Below, piece by piece: positions 28,358 to 38,965 of a stretch of 64,000 nt of DNA. Numbering within the stretch: position 1 is the first letter of the stretch; every line of letters starts with the position of its first letter. The notes beneath the pieces are model-generated. The model made no database searches. It was given only the letters and a program-made list of their open reading frames with translations, and was not told the origin of the DNA. The stretch spans positions 1,072 to 65,071 of the forward strand of contig JBKHEO010000004.1 of NCBI GenBank assembly GCA_046540755.1, given 5' to 3'. Source of the stretch: Halomonas sp. Lineage in GTDB: Bacteria; Pseudomonadota; Gammaproteobacteria; Pseudomonadales; Halomonadaceae. The position numbers and the translations under genes were made by a program.

Positions 28358-28885
28358 ATGCCTTCCCCCTTGTCTCCGGCGTCTCATGACCAGGCCGAAA
28401 CGCTTTATCGCTCCGAGTACGGGTGGCTCAGAGGCTGGCTGAGGCAGAAACTCGGGTGTCCTGCACGGGCCGACGATTGTACCCAGGACACCTTTCTGCG
28501 TGTCCTCGACAGCCCCAGGACAGAACCCGTGGAGCGTCCCCGGGCCTTTCTGGCCCGTATCGCCACCCGCCTGTTGATCGATGATGCCCGCCGGGCCCGG
28601 CTGGAACAGGCCTGGCGCGAGACCTACGCCCTGGTGGTAGCCGAGCATGCCAGGGCCCCCTCGGCCGAGGAGATCAATGAACTGGTTGACACCCTGGAGC
28701 AGGTGGCCCGGCTGCTCGAGGGGCTGCCCGAGAAGCCGCGCCAGGCGTTTCTCCGCTTCCGACTGGACGGTGCCTCCCAGGCCGAGATAGCCAGCGAGCT
28801 CGGCGTCAGCGTCAGCATGGTCAAGAAGTATGTCGCCCAGGGCCTGCTGCATTGCCATCGGGCGTTACAAGATGGTGGAGACTGA
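28358..28885 (+). CDS. FecI-type ECF sigma factor
   Basis: WLRGWLRQKLGC...ADD.TQDTFLR, PRAFL.RIA, L.GLP.K.R.AF, IA.ELGVS.SMVKKY. Confidence 0.92.
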   Translation: MPSPLSPASHDQAETLYRSEYGWLRGWLRQKLGCPARADDCTQDTFLRVLDSPRTEPVERPRAFLARIATRLLIDDARRARLEQAWRETYALVVAEHARAPSAEEINELVDTLEQVARLLEGLPEKPRQAFLRFRLDGASQAEIASELGVSVSMVKKYVAQGLLHCHRALQDGGD

Positions 28886-29911
28886 ATGAGCCACAGGGTC
28901 AATAGCACTGGCGCCACGCATCAGCACTCACCGAGCGAGCGAGCACTGACCGAGGCGGCAGAGTGGCGGGTCGTGCTCGCGGAGGACGATGTGCCCGACG
29001 CGGAGCGATCCGCTTTCCGGCGCTGGCTCGAGGCCGACAGCGAGCATGCGCTGGCCTGGCAGGAAATGGAGACCACCTGGAATGCCCTGGCCGGCGCAAG
29101 GCGCCCGGCCGCCCGCCTTGCCCTGGAGCGCACCTACCAGCAGGAGCGCCATGACCGACGCCGCCTGCTGGGGGCAGGCGCCGGCTTCGTGCTGCTGCTC
29201 CTGACCCTACTGCCGGTGGTCTGGCTATCGCTGGGCATCGATTCGCCGAGCCATCTCTTCGCCGACCGCCACACTGCCATTGGCGAGCGCCGCACTCTGG
29301 AGCTGCCCGATGGTAGCCGCCTGGTGCTGGATACCGCCACGGCCGTGGAAGTGGACTTCGACACGGAGGCGCGGCGCATCCGATTGCTCGATGGCCGGGT
29401 GTTCATCGATGTGGCCCCCGATCCGGATCGTCCCCTGGAGGTGGTCACCGCCGAGGGGCGGGCCCGGGCCCTGGGCACCCGCTTCAGCGTGCAGCGCCTG
29501 CAACTGGACGGTACCGATACCACCCGCGTTTCGGTCTACGAATCCCGGGTGGCACTATGCCCCCCCGCGTCGAGCCAGGGCTGTCAGCGCCTGACCAGTG
29601 ACCAGCGTGCGGATGCGGCAAGCAACCGGGTCGGTCCGGTGGCCCGCTTTTCAGCGCCGGCCGAACCGGACTGGGTGGATGGCTACCTGCATATCGAGAA
29701 TCGACCGGTGGCGGCGGTGCTGGCCGAACTCGCGCGCTATCACCCTGGGGTGCTGCGATACGACACGGAGGAACTGGCAGGCCTCGAGGTATCGGGCGTG
29801 CTGCCGCTGGATGACACAGGTCGGGCACTCAAGTCCCTGACCGCCGCGCTGCCACTGGAGGTGAGTCGCTACACACCCTGGATGATCGCAGTGAAACGCA
29901 AAACTGAATAA
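28886..29911 (+). CDS. FecR-type anti-sigma/sensor
   Basis: AAEW...L (DUF4880-like N-terminus), one TM segment, T.IGE.R...LPDGS.L.LDT, ALGTRFSV, VSGV.PL.D. Confidence 0.92.
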   Translation: MSHRVNSTGATHQHSPSERALTEAAEWRVVLAEDDVPDAERSAFRRWLEADSEHALAWQEMETTWNALAGARRPAARLALERTYQQERHDRRRLLGAGAGFVLLLLTLLPVVWLSLGIDSPSHLFADRHTAIGERRTLELPDGSRLVLDTATAVEVDFDTEARRIRLLDGRVFIDVAPDPDRPLEVVTAEGRARALGTRFSVQRLQLDGTDTTRVSVYESRVALCPPASSQGCQRLTSDQRADAASNRVGPVARFSAPAEPDWVDGYLHIENRPVAAVLAELARYHPGVLRYDTEELAGLEVSGVLPLDDTGRALKSLTAALPLEVSRYTPWMIAVKRKTE

Positions 29912-29988
29912 AAATTTTTTGTATTTGCTGTCCTTCGCGGTGGCGAGTTCGTCAGTACAGGTAGAACCCCCCACTCGAGGACAGCAAG

Positions 29989-32406
29989 ATGCGGTTGAAT
30001 CACGACTCTCTGCGCCCCTTGGTACTGGCGATGGGGCTGGCAGCCTCGCTGGCGCTGCCCGGCACTGCCCTTGCCCAAACCGCCAACGGCACCGTCGAGG
30101 CCAGCCAGCGCTTTGACATCCCGGCCGGCTCTCTCTCCCAGGCGCTGAATCGTCTCGCCTCTCAGGCCGGACTGGCACTGAGCTACGATCCCGCCCTCGC
30201 TTCCGGCAAAACAACCGGCGGGCTGCAGGGAGAGTACAGCCCCGACCAGGCCCTGCAGCGACTCCTGGCGGGTTCAGGGCTCGGCTATCGCCTCGGCGAG
30301 AACGGCACCGTGACCCTGTCGCGCCAGGCGAGCGGCACCACGGCACAGCTTGACACCATCACGGTACAGGGCTGGCGGCCCACCGCCACCGAGGGCTACC
30401 GTGCAGGACTCATCTCTTCCGCCAGCAAGACCGATGAGCTGCTGGTGGACGTGCCGGCCGCCGTCTCCGTGGTAACCGAGGATCTTATCGAGGACCAGAA
30501 TGCCCGAAGTGTCGCCGAGGCGCTGCGCAACGTGCCGGGAGTAGAGGTAGGACCCAACCCGGCCAATGTTTCGGTGCAGGAGGAGTTCACCATCCGCGGC
30601 TTCGAGAATTCGTTGATCAACGTCAATGGTGTGGAACGGCGCTCCACCGGCCCGCTCAGCACCGCCAACGTCCAGAGCGTCGAAGTGCTCAAGGGACCGT
30701 TCTCCGTCCTCTACGGCCAGCTTACGCCCGGCGGTTTCATCAACGTTCAGACCAAGCGTCCCGAGAGTGAGGCCGCCTACGAGATCAGCGGCAGCCTCTC
30801 GCACACCCCCGAGGGCTCAGGCAGCGACGGAAGGGGAAGCGTCGATGCCACCGGCCCCCTCAACGAGAGCGGCTCAGTGCTCTATCGCTTCATCGCCTCG
30901 GCCGATGGTGGATCCTCCTTCATCGACGAGGTGGACAGCGAGCAGTACCTGATCAACCCCATGCTCTCGCTTTTTGCTCTGGACAATGACCTACGGGTGG
31001 ACCTCGACTTCAGCTACCTGCGCAACGATGAAACCTTCCTCTTCGGGATACCCGCGCGGGGCGACCGCCCCGATGGACGCATCGATTACACGGATTTTCT
31101 GGGCTCCAAGGAAAACGAAAAGTTCACCGAAGATTACAATGCCGAGGTGCGTCTGGAGTATTTCCTGAGCGATGCGACCCAGGTCGATGCGGCGCTCACT
31201 TACCACCTCAACGAGCATGACCACAAGGCCCTGCGCCCCTTCGGTCCGCCCGGCTGGGAGGTTCAGTCCGACGATACCATCAGACGTAGCTTGAGCCTGA
31301 ACGACTTCCAGACAGCCGATGAGGAGTTCGAGGTCAACCTGATTCACAACCTCGACACGGGCCCCGCGGAGTGGCGCTTCCTGACAGGGGCAGACGTCCG
31401 CCAGACAGAAGTGAAAAGCGTCGGATTGGGCCGGCGAAATATCCTCGATTTCGATCGCATCAATGTGCTCGATCCCAATAACGACGTTTCCCTGCCAGCA
31501 GGAAATGACGCGACACTCAGCTTCTTCCCCAAGACAAACAATACCGTCGATTCCTACGGGTTCTACGCTCAGGCCGAGACTTGGCTGCATGACCGGCTAA
31601 AGCTGCTCGGCGGTGTCCGCTACGACAACATCGAGTACGACTACACGGATGAAGGCGGCTATGCCTTCAACCAAAAGGATGACAAGGTCAGCCCGCGTGC
31701 CGGGGTGCTGTACAAGCTGACGCCGAACACCTCCCTGTACGGGAGCTACTCCTCCTCCTTCGAGCAAGAGTTCAACTGGGATCCCAGTGCAGAACCGTTC
31801 AAGCCCACCGAGGCCGAACAGTGGGAGGCCGGCATCAAACAAGAATTCTTCGACGGCGACCTGCTGGCCACCCTCTCTGCCTACACCCTGACCCAGGAGA
31901 ATCTGGCCGTCTCCGATCCGGACAACCCCGACCAGAATGTCCAGATCGGCGAGGTCGAGTCCCAGGGAGCGGAGCTAGAACTCCAGGGCCAACTCAGCGA
32001 CAGGCTGCGGCTCATGGCGGGCTATGCCTGGCTCGATAACAAGATTGCCCGGGACCCCTTGGGCAACGAGGGCAACAGGCTAGGTAACGTGCCGGAAGAG
32101 TCTGCCAACCTCTATCTCATGTATGACTTTCTCGAGACTGCCCGGGAGCGCTTCAGCGTCGGCGGCGGGGCTTTCTACACCGGTGAGCGATTCACCAGCG
32201 AAAGCAACAACGTGACCCTGGACAGCTACACCACTGTGGACCTGACAGCCCAGTATGAGTGGATGGTCGGCGATACCCGCCTGGAGCTGCAGGGCGGCGT
32301 AAAGAACCTCTTCAATGAGGAGTACTTCGCCGGTGGCTTCGGCAACGGCATTGCCTTCCGCGGCGAACCGATGACGCTCTACACCACCCTGAAGGCCAAC
32401 TTCTAA
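29989..32406 (+). CDS. TonB-dependent ferric-siderophore receptor with N-terminal signalling (STN) domain
   Basis: FDIPAGSL..AL signalling domain, TonB box DTITV, VEVLKGP.SVLYG, PGG.IN..TKRP, NLFNEEY, C-terminal Phe. Confidence 0.93.
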   Translation: MRLNHDSLRPLVLAMGLAASLALPGTALAQTANGTVEASQRFDIPAGSLSQALNRLASQAGLALSYDPALASGKTTGGLQGEYSPDQALQRLLAGSGLGYRLGENGTVTLSRQASGTTAQLDTITVQGWRPTATEGYRAGLISSASKTDELLVDVPAAVSVVTEDLIEDQNARSVAEALRNVPGVEVGPNPANVSVQEEFTIRGFENSLINVNGVERRSTGPLSTANVQSVEVLKGPFSVLYGQLTPGGFINVQTKRPESEAAYEISGSLSHTPEGSGSDGRGSVDATGPLNESGSVLYRFIASADGGSSFIDEVDSEQYLINPMLSLFALDNDLRVDLDFSYLRNDETFLFGIPARGDRPDGRIDYTDFLGSKENEKFTEDYNAEVRLEYFLSDATQVDAALTYHLNEHDHKALRPFGPPGWEVQSDDTIRRSLSLNDFQTADEEFEVNLIHNLDTGPAEWRFLTGADVRQTEVKSVGLGRRNILDFDRINVLDPNNDVSLPAGNDATLSFFPKTNNTVDSYGFYAQAETWLHDRLKLLGGVRYDNIEYDYTDEGGYAFNQKDDKVSPRAGVLYKLTPNTSLYGSYSSSFEQEFNWDPSAEPFKPTEAEQWEAGIKQEFFDGDLLATLSAYTLTQENLAVSDPDNPDQNVQIGEVESQGAELELQGQLSDRLRLMAGYAWLDNKIARDPLGNEGNRLGNVPEESANLYLMYDFLETARERFSVGGGAFYTGERFTSESNNVTLDSYTTVDLTAQYEWMVGDTRLELQGGVKNLFNEEYFAGGFGNGIAFRGEPMTLYTTLKANF

Positions 32407-32411
32407 ACGTG

Positions 32412-33437
32412 ATGGAAGCGATCACCGCCTCGGTCGGTCTGCGTCGTCACCCCCGGGTCGTGGCCCTGGCATCATTGCTGGGGCTTTTCCTGGTGGCGGC
32501 GCTGTTGAGCCTGCGGATCGGCTCAGTGTCGCTGGATACGGCCACCGTTCTCGCGGCGCTCTTTGCCTACGACGGCTCCGATGCCCATGCCATCGTACGC
32601 CACCTGCGCCTGCCGCGCACCGTGCTGGGCATGACCGTCGGCGCGGCCCTGGCCGTCGCCGGCGCCATCATGCAGGCGGTGACCCGCAACCCGTTGGCGT
32701 CGCCCACCATCTTCGGCCTCAACGCCGGGGCGATCTTCGCCGTGGTGGTGGCGATCTTCCTGCTGGGCATTGCCGAGCCCGCTGCCTACGTCTGGTTTGC
32801 CTTTGTCGGGGCGCTGGTGGCGGTCGGCATGGTGTTCATGGTGGCATCTGCCGGACCGGGCGGGGCCACCCCGGTGAAGCTGGCACTGGCCGGCACCGTG
32901 GTCAGTGCGCTGCTCTCCAGCTGGGTGAGCGGCATCCTGGTGTTCGACCAGGGCACCCTGGACGCCGCCCGCTTCTGGCTGGCCGGCGCCCTGGGCGGGC
33001 GCACCCTGGAGGCCTTCGTGCCGGTGGCGCCGCTCATGGGGCTGGCGCTGGTGGTGGGCGTGGGCCTGGGGCGTTCGCTGAATGCGGCGGGGCTGGGCCG
33101 CGATGTCGCCGTCGCCCTTGGCCAGCAGCCACGCAAGCTGTTGGCGGTCGCCACCGTGACCGTGGTGCTGTTGGCGGCTGGGGCGGTCGCCTGTGCCGGG
33201 CCCATCGGCTTCGTCGGGCTCGCCGTCCCCCATGTGGTGCGCGGCATCATGGGGCCGGACTACCGCTGGATTCTCCCGGCCTGTGTGCCGGCCGGCGCCG
33301 CGCTGCTGCTCCTGGCAGACGTGCTGGGGCGAGTGATTGCCGCGCCCGGCGAGATCGAGGCGGGGGTGATCACCACCATCATTGGCGCTCCCATACTGAT
33401 CCATATCGTGCGCCAGGCACGCCTGGCGAGGGCCTGA
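32412..33437 (+). CDS. Iron-siderophore ABC permease (FecCD family)
   Basis: LRLPRT, GAALAVAGAIMQ..TRNPLASP, GPIGFVGL.VPH. Confidence 0.92.
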   Translation: MEAITASVGLRRHPRVVALASLLGLFLVAALLSLRIGSVSLDTATVLAALFAYDGSDAHAIVRHLRLPRTVLGMTVGAALAVAGAIMQAVTRNPLASPTIFGLNAGAIFAVVVAIFLLGIAEPAAYVWFAFVGALVAVGMVFMVASAGPGGATPVKLALAGTVVSALLSSWVSGILVFDQGTLDAARFWLAGALGGRTLEAFVPVAPLMGLALVVGVGLGRSLNAAGLGRDVAVALGQQPRKLLAVATVTVVLLAAGAVACAGPIGFVGLAVPHVVRGIMGPDYRWILPACVPAGAALLLLADVLGRVIAAPGEIEAGVITTIIGAPILIHIVRQARLARA

Positions 33438-33439
33438 CC

Positions 33440-34477
33440 ATGTCCCGTTTGACGCTTCGCCTGCGCCGCCCCGTCGCCCTGTCATGGCGCCTCGAGCGGC
33501 GAGTGCTGATCCTCGCGCTGCTGGCGCTTGGCGCCCTGCTGGCCGGCACCGTGGCGGCCCTCTCCTTGGGCTCCTACCCCCTGCCGCTTCATGAAGTGCT
33601 CCATTCGCTGCTGGCCCAGGCGCCGTCTCCCCTGGCCGATCTGATCGTCAATGAGCTGCGTGCCCCGCGGGTAATGGCCGCGCTGCTGGTGGGCGCGGCG
33701 CTGGGCGTGTCGGGAGCGATATTCCAGGATCTGGTACGCAACCCCCTGGTGGCGCCTGACATCATCGGCGTCAATGCCGGCGCGGGCCTGGCCGCAGTGC
33801 TGGTGATTGCCGGCGGCGCGCCCCTGGTCTCGGTGCCCGTGGCGGCACTGGGCGGTGCGCTCGTCAGCGCCTTCGCCGTTTACGGTATTGCCTGGCGCCG
33901 GGGCGTGAGCGGTGCGCGCCTGGTACTGGTGGGTATCGGTCTCAATGCCCTATTGGCGGGGCTGACCACCCTGGTGATCCTGAGCACGCCGGTGGAGCAG
34001 GTCACCCCGGCCGTGGTCTGGCTCGCCGGCACCCTGGCCTTGTCGGACTGGCAGCAGGTCAGGGTCACGGCCGGCGGCGGAGGGGTGCTGCTGCTTTACA
34101 CCCTGCTGCTGTGGCCACGCCTGCGGGTGCTGGAACTGGGTGATGACGGCGCCCGCGCCCTGGGGGTGCGGGCAGAGCGCGACCGGGCGCTGCTGCTGGC
34201 CTGCGGTGCCGGGCTGGCGGGGCTGGCGGTGGCCGTTGCCGGCCCCTTGGCCTTTGTCGCTTTGGTGGTGCCCCACCTGACCCGTCTGCTGGTCGGCCCT
34301 CTGAGCGGCGGCGGCGTGGTGCTGGCGGCCCTGATGGGGGCGCTGCTGGTATTGGGCTCGGATCTCGCCGGCCAGCACCTGCTGGCGCCGGCCACCCTGC
34401 CGGTGGGCCTGGTGACCGCCAGCATCGGCGCTCCCTTTTTCCTGTTTCTGCTCTACCGGATGAACCGCCATGGCTGA
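33440..34477 (+). CDS. Iron-siderophore ABC permease (FecCD family)
   Basis: [45 protein letters not shown]. Confidence 0.92.
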   Translation: MSRLTLRLRRPVALSWRLERRVLILALLALGALLAGTVAALSLGSYPLPLHEVLHSLLAQAPSPLADLIVNELRAPRVMAALLVGAALGVSGAIFQDLVRNPLVAPDIIGVNAGAGLAAVLVIAGGAPLVSVPVAALGGALVSAFAVYGIAWRRGVSGARLVLVGIGLNALLAGLTTLVILSTPVEQVTPAVVWLAGTLALSDWQQVRVTAGGGGVLLLYTLLLWPRLRVLELGDDGARALGVRAERDRALLLACGAGLAGLAVAVAGPLAFVALVVPHLTRLLVGPLSGGGVVLAALMGALLVLGSDLAGQHLLAPATLPVGLVTASIGAPFFLFLLYRMNRHG

Positions 34478-35288
34478 CTGCGCTGACCTGCGTGCCGAGC
34501 GGCTCAGCCTGGGCTATGACGAGCGTACCGTCATGACCGGGCTGGACCTTGCCATACCGGCACACAAAGTAACCGCCATCGTGGGGCCCAACGCCTGCGG
34601 CAAGTCGACCCTGCTGCGGGCGCTGGCGCGGCTGCTTCGGCCTCGCCAAGGGGCCGTGCTGCTCGACGGTAAACCCCTGCATCAAATACCCACCCGCCGC
34701 CTGGCCCAGCGCCTGGGCCTGCTGCCCCAGGCGCCCAATGCTCCCGAAGGGCTAACCGTGGAAGACCTGGTCAGCCGCGGCCGCTTTCCCCACCAGCGGC
34801 TGTTCGACTACTGGAGCCCAGAGGATGAGCAGGCCGTGGACGAGGCCCTGACGCAGACGGCGCTGAGCGCGCTGCGCCAGCAGCGCCTCGATGCGCTCTC
34901 CGGGGGCCAGCGCCAGCGGGCCTGGATTGCCATGGCCCTGGCCCAGCAGACCGACCTGCTGCTGCTCGACGAGCCGACGACCTTCCTGGATATCGCCCAC
35001 CGCCTGGAAGTACTGGAGCTGTTGCGTAGGCTCAATCGGGAGCGGCAGTGCACGGTGGTGATGGTGGTGCACGAGCTCAACGAGGCGGTGCGCTATGCCG
35101 ACCATCTGGTGGCCATGCGCGATGGCGCCATCGTCGCCGAGGGGCCGCCCGCCGAGGTGGTCACCGCCGATCTGGTGGAGCGGGTCTTCGGTATCGTGAG
35201 CCGCATCATTCCCGACCCGGTCACCGGGCTGCCGCTGGTGGTTCCCGAGGCCAGCCAGGAGGCACCCCCCACGCTGAGGAGGGCGTGA
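34470..35288 (+). CDS. Iron-siderophore ABC ATPase (FecE/FhuC-like)
   Basis: [36 protein letters not shown]. Confidence 0.94.
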   Translation: MADCADLRAERLSLGYDERTVMTGLDLAIPAHKVTAIVGPNACGKSTLLRALARLLRPRQGAVLLDGKPLHQIPTRRLAQRLGLLPQAPNAPEGLTVEDLVSRGRFPHQRLFDYWSPEDEQAVDEALTQTALSALRQQRLDALSGGQRQRAWIAMALAQQTDLLLLDEPTTFLDIAHRLEVLELLRRLNRERQCTVVMVVHELNEAVRYADHLVAMRDGAIVAEGPPAEVVTADLVERVFGIVSRIIPDPVTGLPLVVPEASQEAPPTLRRA

Positions 35289-35290
35289 CC

Positions 35291-36100
35291 ATGGTCCCCC
35301 ATCCCTTGCGCGAGATCCTCGCCACGGCCAATCGACACGAGCGCTGGCTGCCAGTGATCCTGGCCGAGATCGACCATGAGCAAAGCCTGGCGACCCTGGT
35401 GAACGACAGGGAGCGCCTGCTGAACTGGGCGAGCGCGGTGGGTGACCGCCTGGGAGCCGAGGATGCGAGAGTCGGTCCAACCCTGCTGTTCGAGAGCCTG
35501 GTGGGCCTGACGGCACTGGCGCTGATCGGCCCCTATTTCATGGCTCGGCGGCTTCCCCTGGCGGGCGTGGCGCAGATCGAGCCGCGGTTCGACCCTGGCA
35601 ATCGGCCCGAGGAGCTGCGCCTGGCGCCGGGGCCGTTTGCCTGTCTGCCCGAGGACAAGGCGGCCGACCATCCGCTGGCCATCCCCGTGGCGTCGTCCGG
35701 GGAACTGTTCGCCCGCCTGCGGGAGCAGCTTATCGTGGTCAGCGAACCGTTGGTCCAGGCGATGGCGCGGCCGGCACGACGCGGGCTGCGTACCCAGTGG
35801 CGCGGGGTGAGCGACAGGGTCACCAATGCTGCCTGGTATGCCGGCATCCAGGCCGGGGATGAAACAGCCGGCATGGCCCTGGCCGAGGCACTCTGCGACG
35901 GCCGCGAGCCGCTGCTTGGCCGGCCCAATTTTCGTTCCTTCGACTATGAGGGGATCACCCATACCCACCGGGTCCGCAACACCTGCTGCCAGCATTTCCG
36001 CTTGCCCACCGGACGGCTCTGCTTTACCTGCCCGCTGACCAAGGCCAAGGATCGGGATCAGTTCTGGCGGGCACGCTACGACGAAAGGAAGACAAGATGA
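35291..36100 (+). CDS. FhuF-like [2Fe-2S] ferric-siderophore reductase
   Basis: C-terminal R.TCC-x10-C-x2-CP (TCCQHFRLPTGRLCFTCP); position inside the siderophore uptake operon. Confidence 0.85.
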   Translation: MVPHPLREILATANRHERWLPVILAEIDHEQSLATLVNDRERLLNWASAVGDRLGAEDARVGPTLLFESLVGLTALALIGPYFMARRLPLAGVAQIEPRFDPGNRPEELRLAPGPFACLPEDKAADHPLAIPVASSGELFARLREQLIVVSEPLVQAMARPARRGLRTQWRGVSDRVTNAAWYAGIQAGDETAGMALAEALCDGREPLLGRPNFRSFDYEGITHTHRVRNTCCQHFRLPTGRLCFTCPLTKAKDRDQFWRARYDERKTR

Positions 36101-37023
36101 GAGCCTGGCTGTTGACAGTGCTACTGCTCGCCATGGGAGCCGTTCAGGCGAGCGAGTGGCCGCGGGTGATCGTGCATTTGCAGGGCGACACCGAGCTGAC
36201 TGCCCCGCCGCAGCGGGTGGTCGCCCTGGATCCGACCGTGACCGACCATCTGCTTGCCCTGGGGCTGCCGCCGATCGGCTCTTTGACGTATGGCCTGGCG
36301 AGGCCTGACAGCCGCGACGCCTGGCCACCGGCCATTGCTGAGCAGGCAGTGGAAGCCAGCATTGCCCGGGTGGGTACCCCGGGCAATCTGGATCTGGAGG
36401 CCATCGCGGCGCTGGAGCCCGACCTGGTGTTGGCGTCCGGCTATGTCGGACAGAGTACTTACAACACTCTTACACGGATCGCACCCACGGTAATCATCGA
36501 ATCGGAGCGGCATTTTCGGAGCGACCTGCACCAGATCGCTGTTGCCGTGGGACGGGAGCAAGAGGCCGAGGCCGTGCTCGAGCGCTATGCCAAGCGGGTG
36601 GCGGCGATGCGGGCCCGCCTCGGGGGAGAGCGGGTCGCCATCGTTCGGCCGCGCCAGCAGTCGGTGTGGATGTACGGGCCGTCCTCCAATGCCGGCCGTC
36701 TGCTGACAGAAGCCGGCATCAACGTGAAGGCGGTACCGGACGGGGCCTCCATCACCTCGGATCCTCCGGGGGCTATCGGTGAGCTCTCTCTCGAACGTGT
36801 GTCTGCCATCGATGCCCCGCATCTGTTTGTCATTCTCTATAACCTCGACCATCACGCGGGGCTAGAAGGCTACCTGCAGGGACCGATGTGGCAACGCCTG
36901 CCGGCGGTACAGCAGGGCAACGTCCATGGCGTCGAAGGCATCGCCTGGACCAACCACGGACCCATCGGTGCCCTCAGGATGCTGGAGGAGGCGGCAGCCG
37001 CCCTGGAGGGGGGCCAACCCTGA
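36097..37023 (+). CDS. Periplasmic iron-siderophore binding protein
   Basis: Signal peptide, PQRVVAL, LEAIAALEPDL, IAPT, W.RLPAV.QG.V. Confidence 0.9.
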   Translation: MRAWLLTVLLLAMGAVQASEWPRVIVHLQGDTELTAPPQRVVALDPTVTDHLLALGLPPIGSLTYGLARPDSRDAWPPAIAEQAVEASIARVGTPGNLDLEAIAALEPDLVLASGYVGQSTYNTLTRIAPTVIIESERHFRSDLHQIAVAVGREQEAEAVLERYAKRVAAMRARLGGERVAIVRPRQQSVWMYGPSSNAGRLLTEAGINVKAVPDGASITSDPPGAIGELSLERVSAIDAPHLFVILYNLDHHAGLEGYLQGPMWQRLPAVQQGNVHGVEGIAWTNHGPIGALRMLEEAAAALEGGQP

Positions 37024-37085
37024 GTTATCGCCTTTCGGGGGCCGGCGACGCTGCTAGGAAGGCTCGCCCGCACCCGCAGGCGCCC

Positions 37086-38093
37086 TCAGCGTCGGGTGAA
37101 GTAGTCGCCCAGGGCCTCGAGCACCCGTTCGATGGCGTCGTCGTCGAGGTCGCGATGGACCACCAGGCGGGTGGCGTAGAGCAGCTCGACGAGGATCCCA
37201 CGCTCGGCGAGCCAGGCGTGCAGCGGGGCGAGATGCCGCTCGGGCACGCGCAGGAACACCATGTTGGTGGCCTGGTAGGCCACCTCGAGCTCGGGGAGCG
37301 CGCGGATTCCCTCGGCCAGGCGTGCGGCGCGGCGATGGTCACAGGCGAGGTCGGCCACGTGGTGGTCCAGCGCATGGTGGCAGGCGGCGGCGATGATCCC
37401 GGACTGGCGCATGCCGCCACCGAGCACCTTGCGCCAGCGCCGGGCGCTGTCGATCAGCTCGCGGGAGCCCGCCAGGGCCGAGCCCACCGGGGCACCGAGC
37501 CCCTTGGAGAAGCACAACGAGACCGTGTCGAAGGGGGCGCAGAGCGCGGCCAGCGGGGTGTCGGCGGCCACCGCGGCGTTGAACAGCCGGGCGCCATCCA
37601 GGTGGGTCGCCAGGCCGTGCTCCCGGGCCAGTTCGGTGGCCGCCGCCACGTAGGCGGGGTCGAGCACGCGCCCGCCGATGGTGTTCTCCAGCGCCAGCAG
37701 GCGGGTGCGAGCGAAGTGGAAGTCGTCGGGCTTGATGGCGGCGCGCAGGCGCGACAGCGGCAGGGAGCCGTCCTCGGCGTGCTCCACCGGCTGGGGCTGG
37801 ATGCCGCCGAGTACCGCGGCGCCGCCGCCCTCGTACTTGTAGGTGTGGGCCTGCTGGCCGGCAAGGTACTCGTCGCCGCGCTGGCAGTGGGCGAGCAGGG
37901 CGGCCAGGTTGCTCTGGGTACCGCTGGGGAAGAGCAGGGCGGCGGCCTTGCCGGCGCGCTCGGCCACGGCGGCCTCGAAGCGCACCACGCTGGGGTCGTC
38001 GCCCCAGACGTCGTCGCCCACCGGGGCGGCGTGCATGGCGTCGCGCATGGCGGCGCTGGGGCGGGTGACGGTGTCGCTGCGCAGGTCGATCAT
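37086..38093 (-). CDS. ltaE: Low-specificity L-threonine aldolase
   Basis: MIDLRSDTVT.P, PSGTQSN, LENT, HLDGARLFNA, CFSKGLGAPVGS, GGGMRQ.G; aggagg RBS. Confidence 0.95.
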   Translation of the reverse strand: MIDLRSDTVTRPSAAMRDAMHAAPVGDDVWGDDPSVVRFEAAVAERAGKAAALLFPSGTQSNLAALLAHCQRGDEYLAGQQAHTYKYEGGGAAVLGGIQPQPVEHAEDGSLPLSRLRAAIKPDDFHFARTRLLALENTIGGRVLDPAYVAAATELAREHGLATHLDGARLFNAAVAADTPLAALCAPFDTVSLCFSKGLGAPVGSALAGSRELIDSARRWRKVLGGGMRQSGIIAAACHHALDHHVADLACDHRRAARLAEGIRALPELEVAYQATNMVFLRVPERHLAPLHAWLAERGILVELLYATRLVVHRDLDDDAIERVLEALGDYFTRR

Positions 38094-38121
38094 CGGCGCC
38101 TCCTGGGTAACGGGCGGTGGG

Positions 38122-38961
38122 TCAGTGGCGCTCGGGATGGCTCGGCAGGGGCCGCGCGTGGCACTCGGCCGGCAGGCGGGCCAGGGGCGCCTGGCGGAAG
38201 TAGCGGCCGAGCAGCGTGAACAGCGCCGGATAGGCATCATGCAACAGGTCGGGGGCGGTGAAGAAGGCCTCGCAGCACACCGCGAAGCACTCGCCGGGGT
38301 GGGTGGCGGCGTAGTCGTCGATGGGGGTGGCCTCGCCGCGCTCGAGGTGGGCCTTCAGGTCCTCCCACACCGCCATGAACGTGCGGTGCCACTCCCGCGG
38401 GTCGATCTCGGCGGGCAGCGGCGGGAAGCCGTCGACGTCCAGCGAGTTGCCCAGGTCCAGCTTGTGGGCGAACTCGTGGATCAGCACGTTGAAGCCCGTG
38501 AAGTCGCCGCTCTCCATCAGATCGGGGAAGGCCACCACCACCGGTCCCTGGTGGGAGGTCTCGCCGGCGCGCTCGTCGTCGTACTCGTGCATCACGCCGA
38601 ACTCGTCCATCTCCTCCACCCGGCGCTGGAAGGCGTCCGGCAGCACCAGCACCTCGTGGACGTTGGCGAAGGCTTCCTGGTGCTCGTCGTCGTGCCAGCC
38701 CAGGGTGAGCAGGCAGGCCTGGGCGGCCAGCGCCAGCCGGGCGGGCAGGTCGAAGGGGGTGGCCTCGGCGAGCTCGGGGTGCAGGGTGACCCGCTTGGCG
38801 TGCAGGAAGCGCCAGGCGCGCCGCCCCAGGCGTTCGGCCTCCTCCTCGGCGAGGGCGGCGAGCAGCGGCACGCGCCCGCGGGCCTCGGCCCAGGCCTGAT
38901 CGGGGAAGGGGTGATTCGCCGCGAAGCGCTGCTCGCGCCAGCGTTTCAGGCGCCCCAGCAT
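38122..38961 (-). CDS. mtfA: Zinc-dependent peptidase MtfA (M90 family)
   Basis: AAQACL, NVLIHEFAHKLD, DDYAAT.PGE.FAV..E.FF. Confidence 0.88.
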   Translation of the reverse strand: MLGRLKRWREQRFAANHPFPDQAWAEARGRVPLLAALAEEEAERLGRRAWRFLHAKRVTLHPELAEATPFDLPARLALAAQACLLTLGWHDDEHQEAFANVHEVLVLPDAFQRRVEEMDEFGVMHEYDDERAGETSHQGPVVVAFPDLMESGDFTGFNVLIHEFAHKLDLGNSLDVDGFPPLPAEIDPREWHRTFMAVWEDLKAHLERGEATPIDDYAATHPGECFAVCCEAFFTAPDLLHDAYPALFTLLGRYFRQAPLARLPAECHARPLPSHPERH

Positions 38962-38965
38962 CGGC

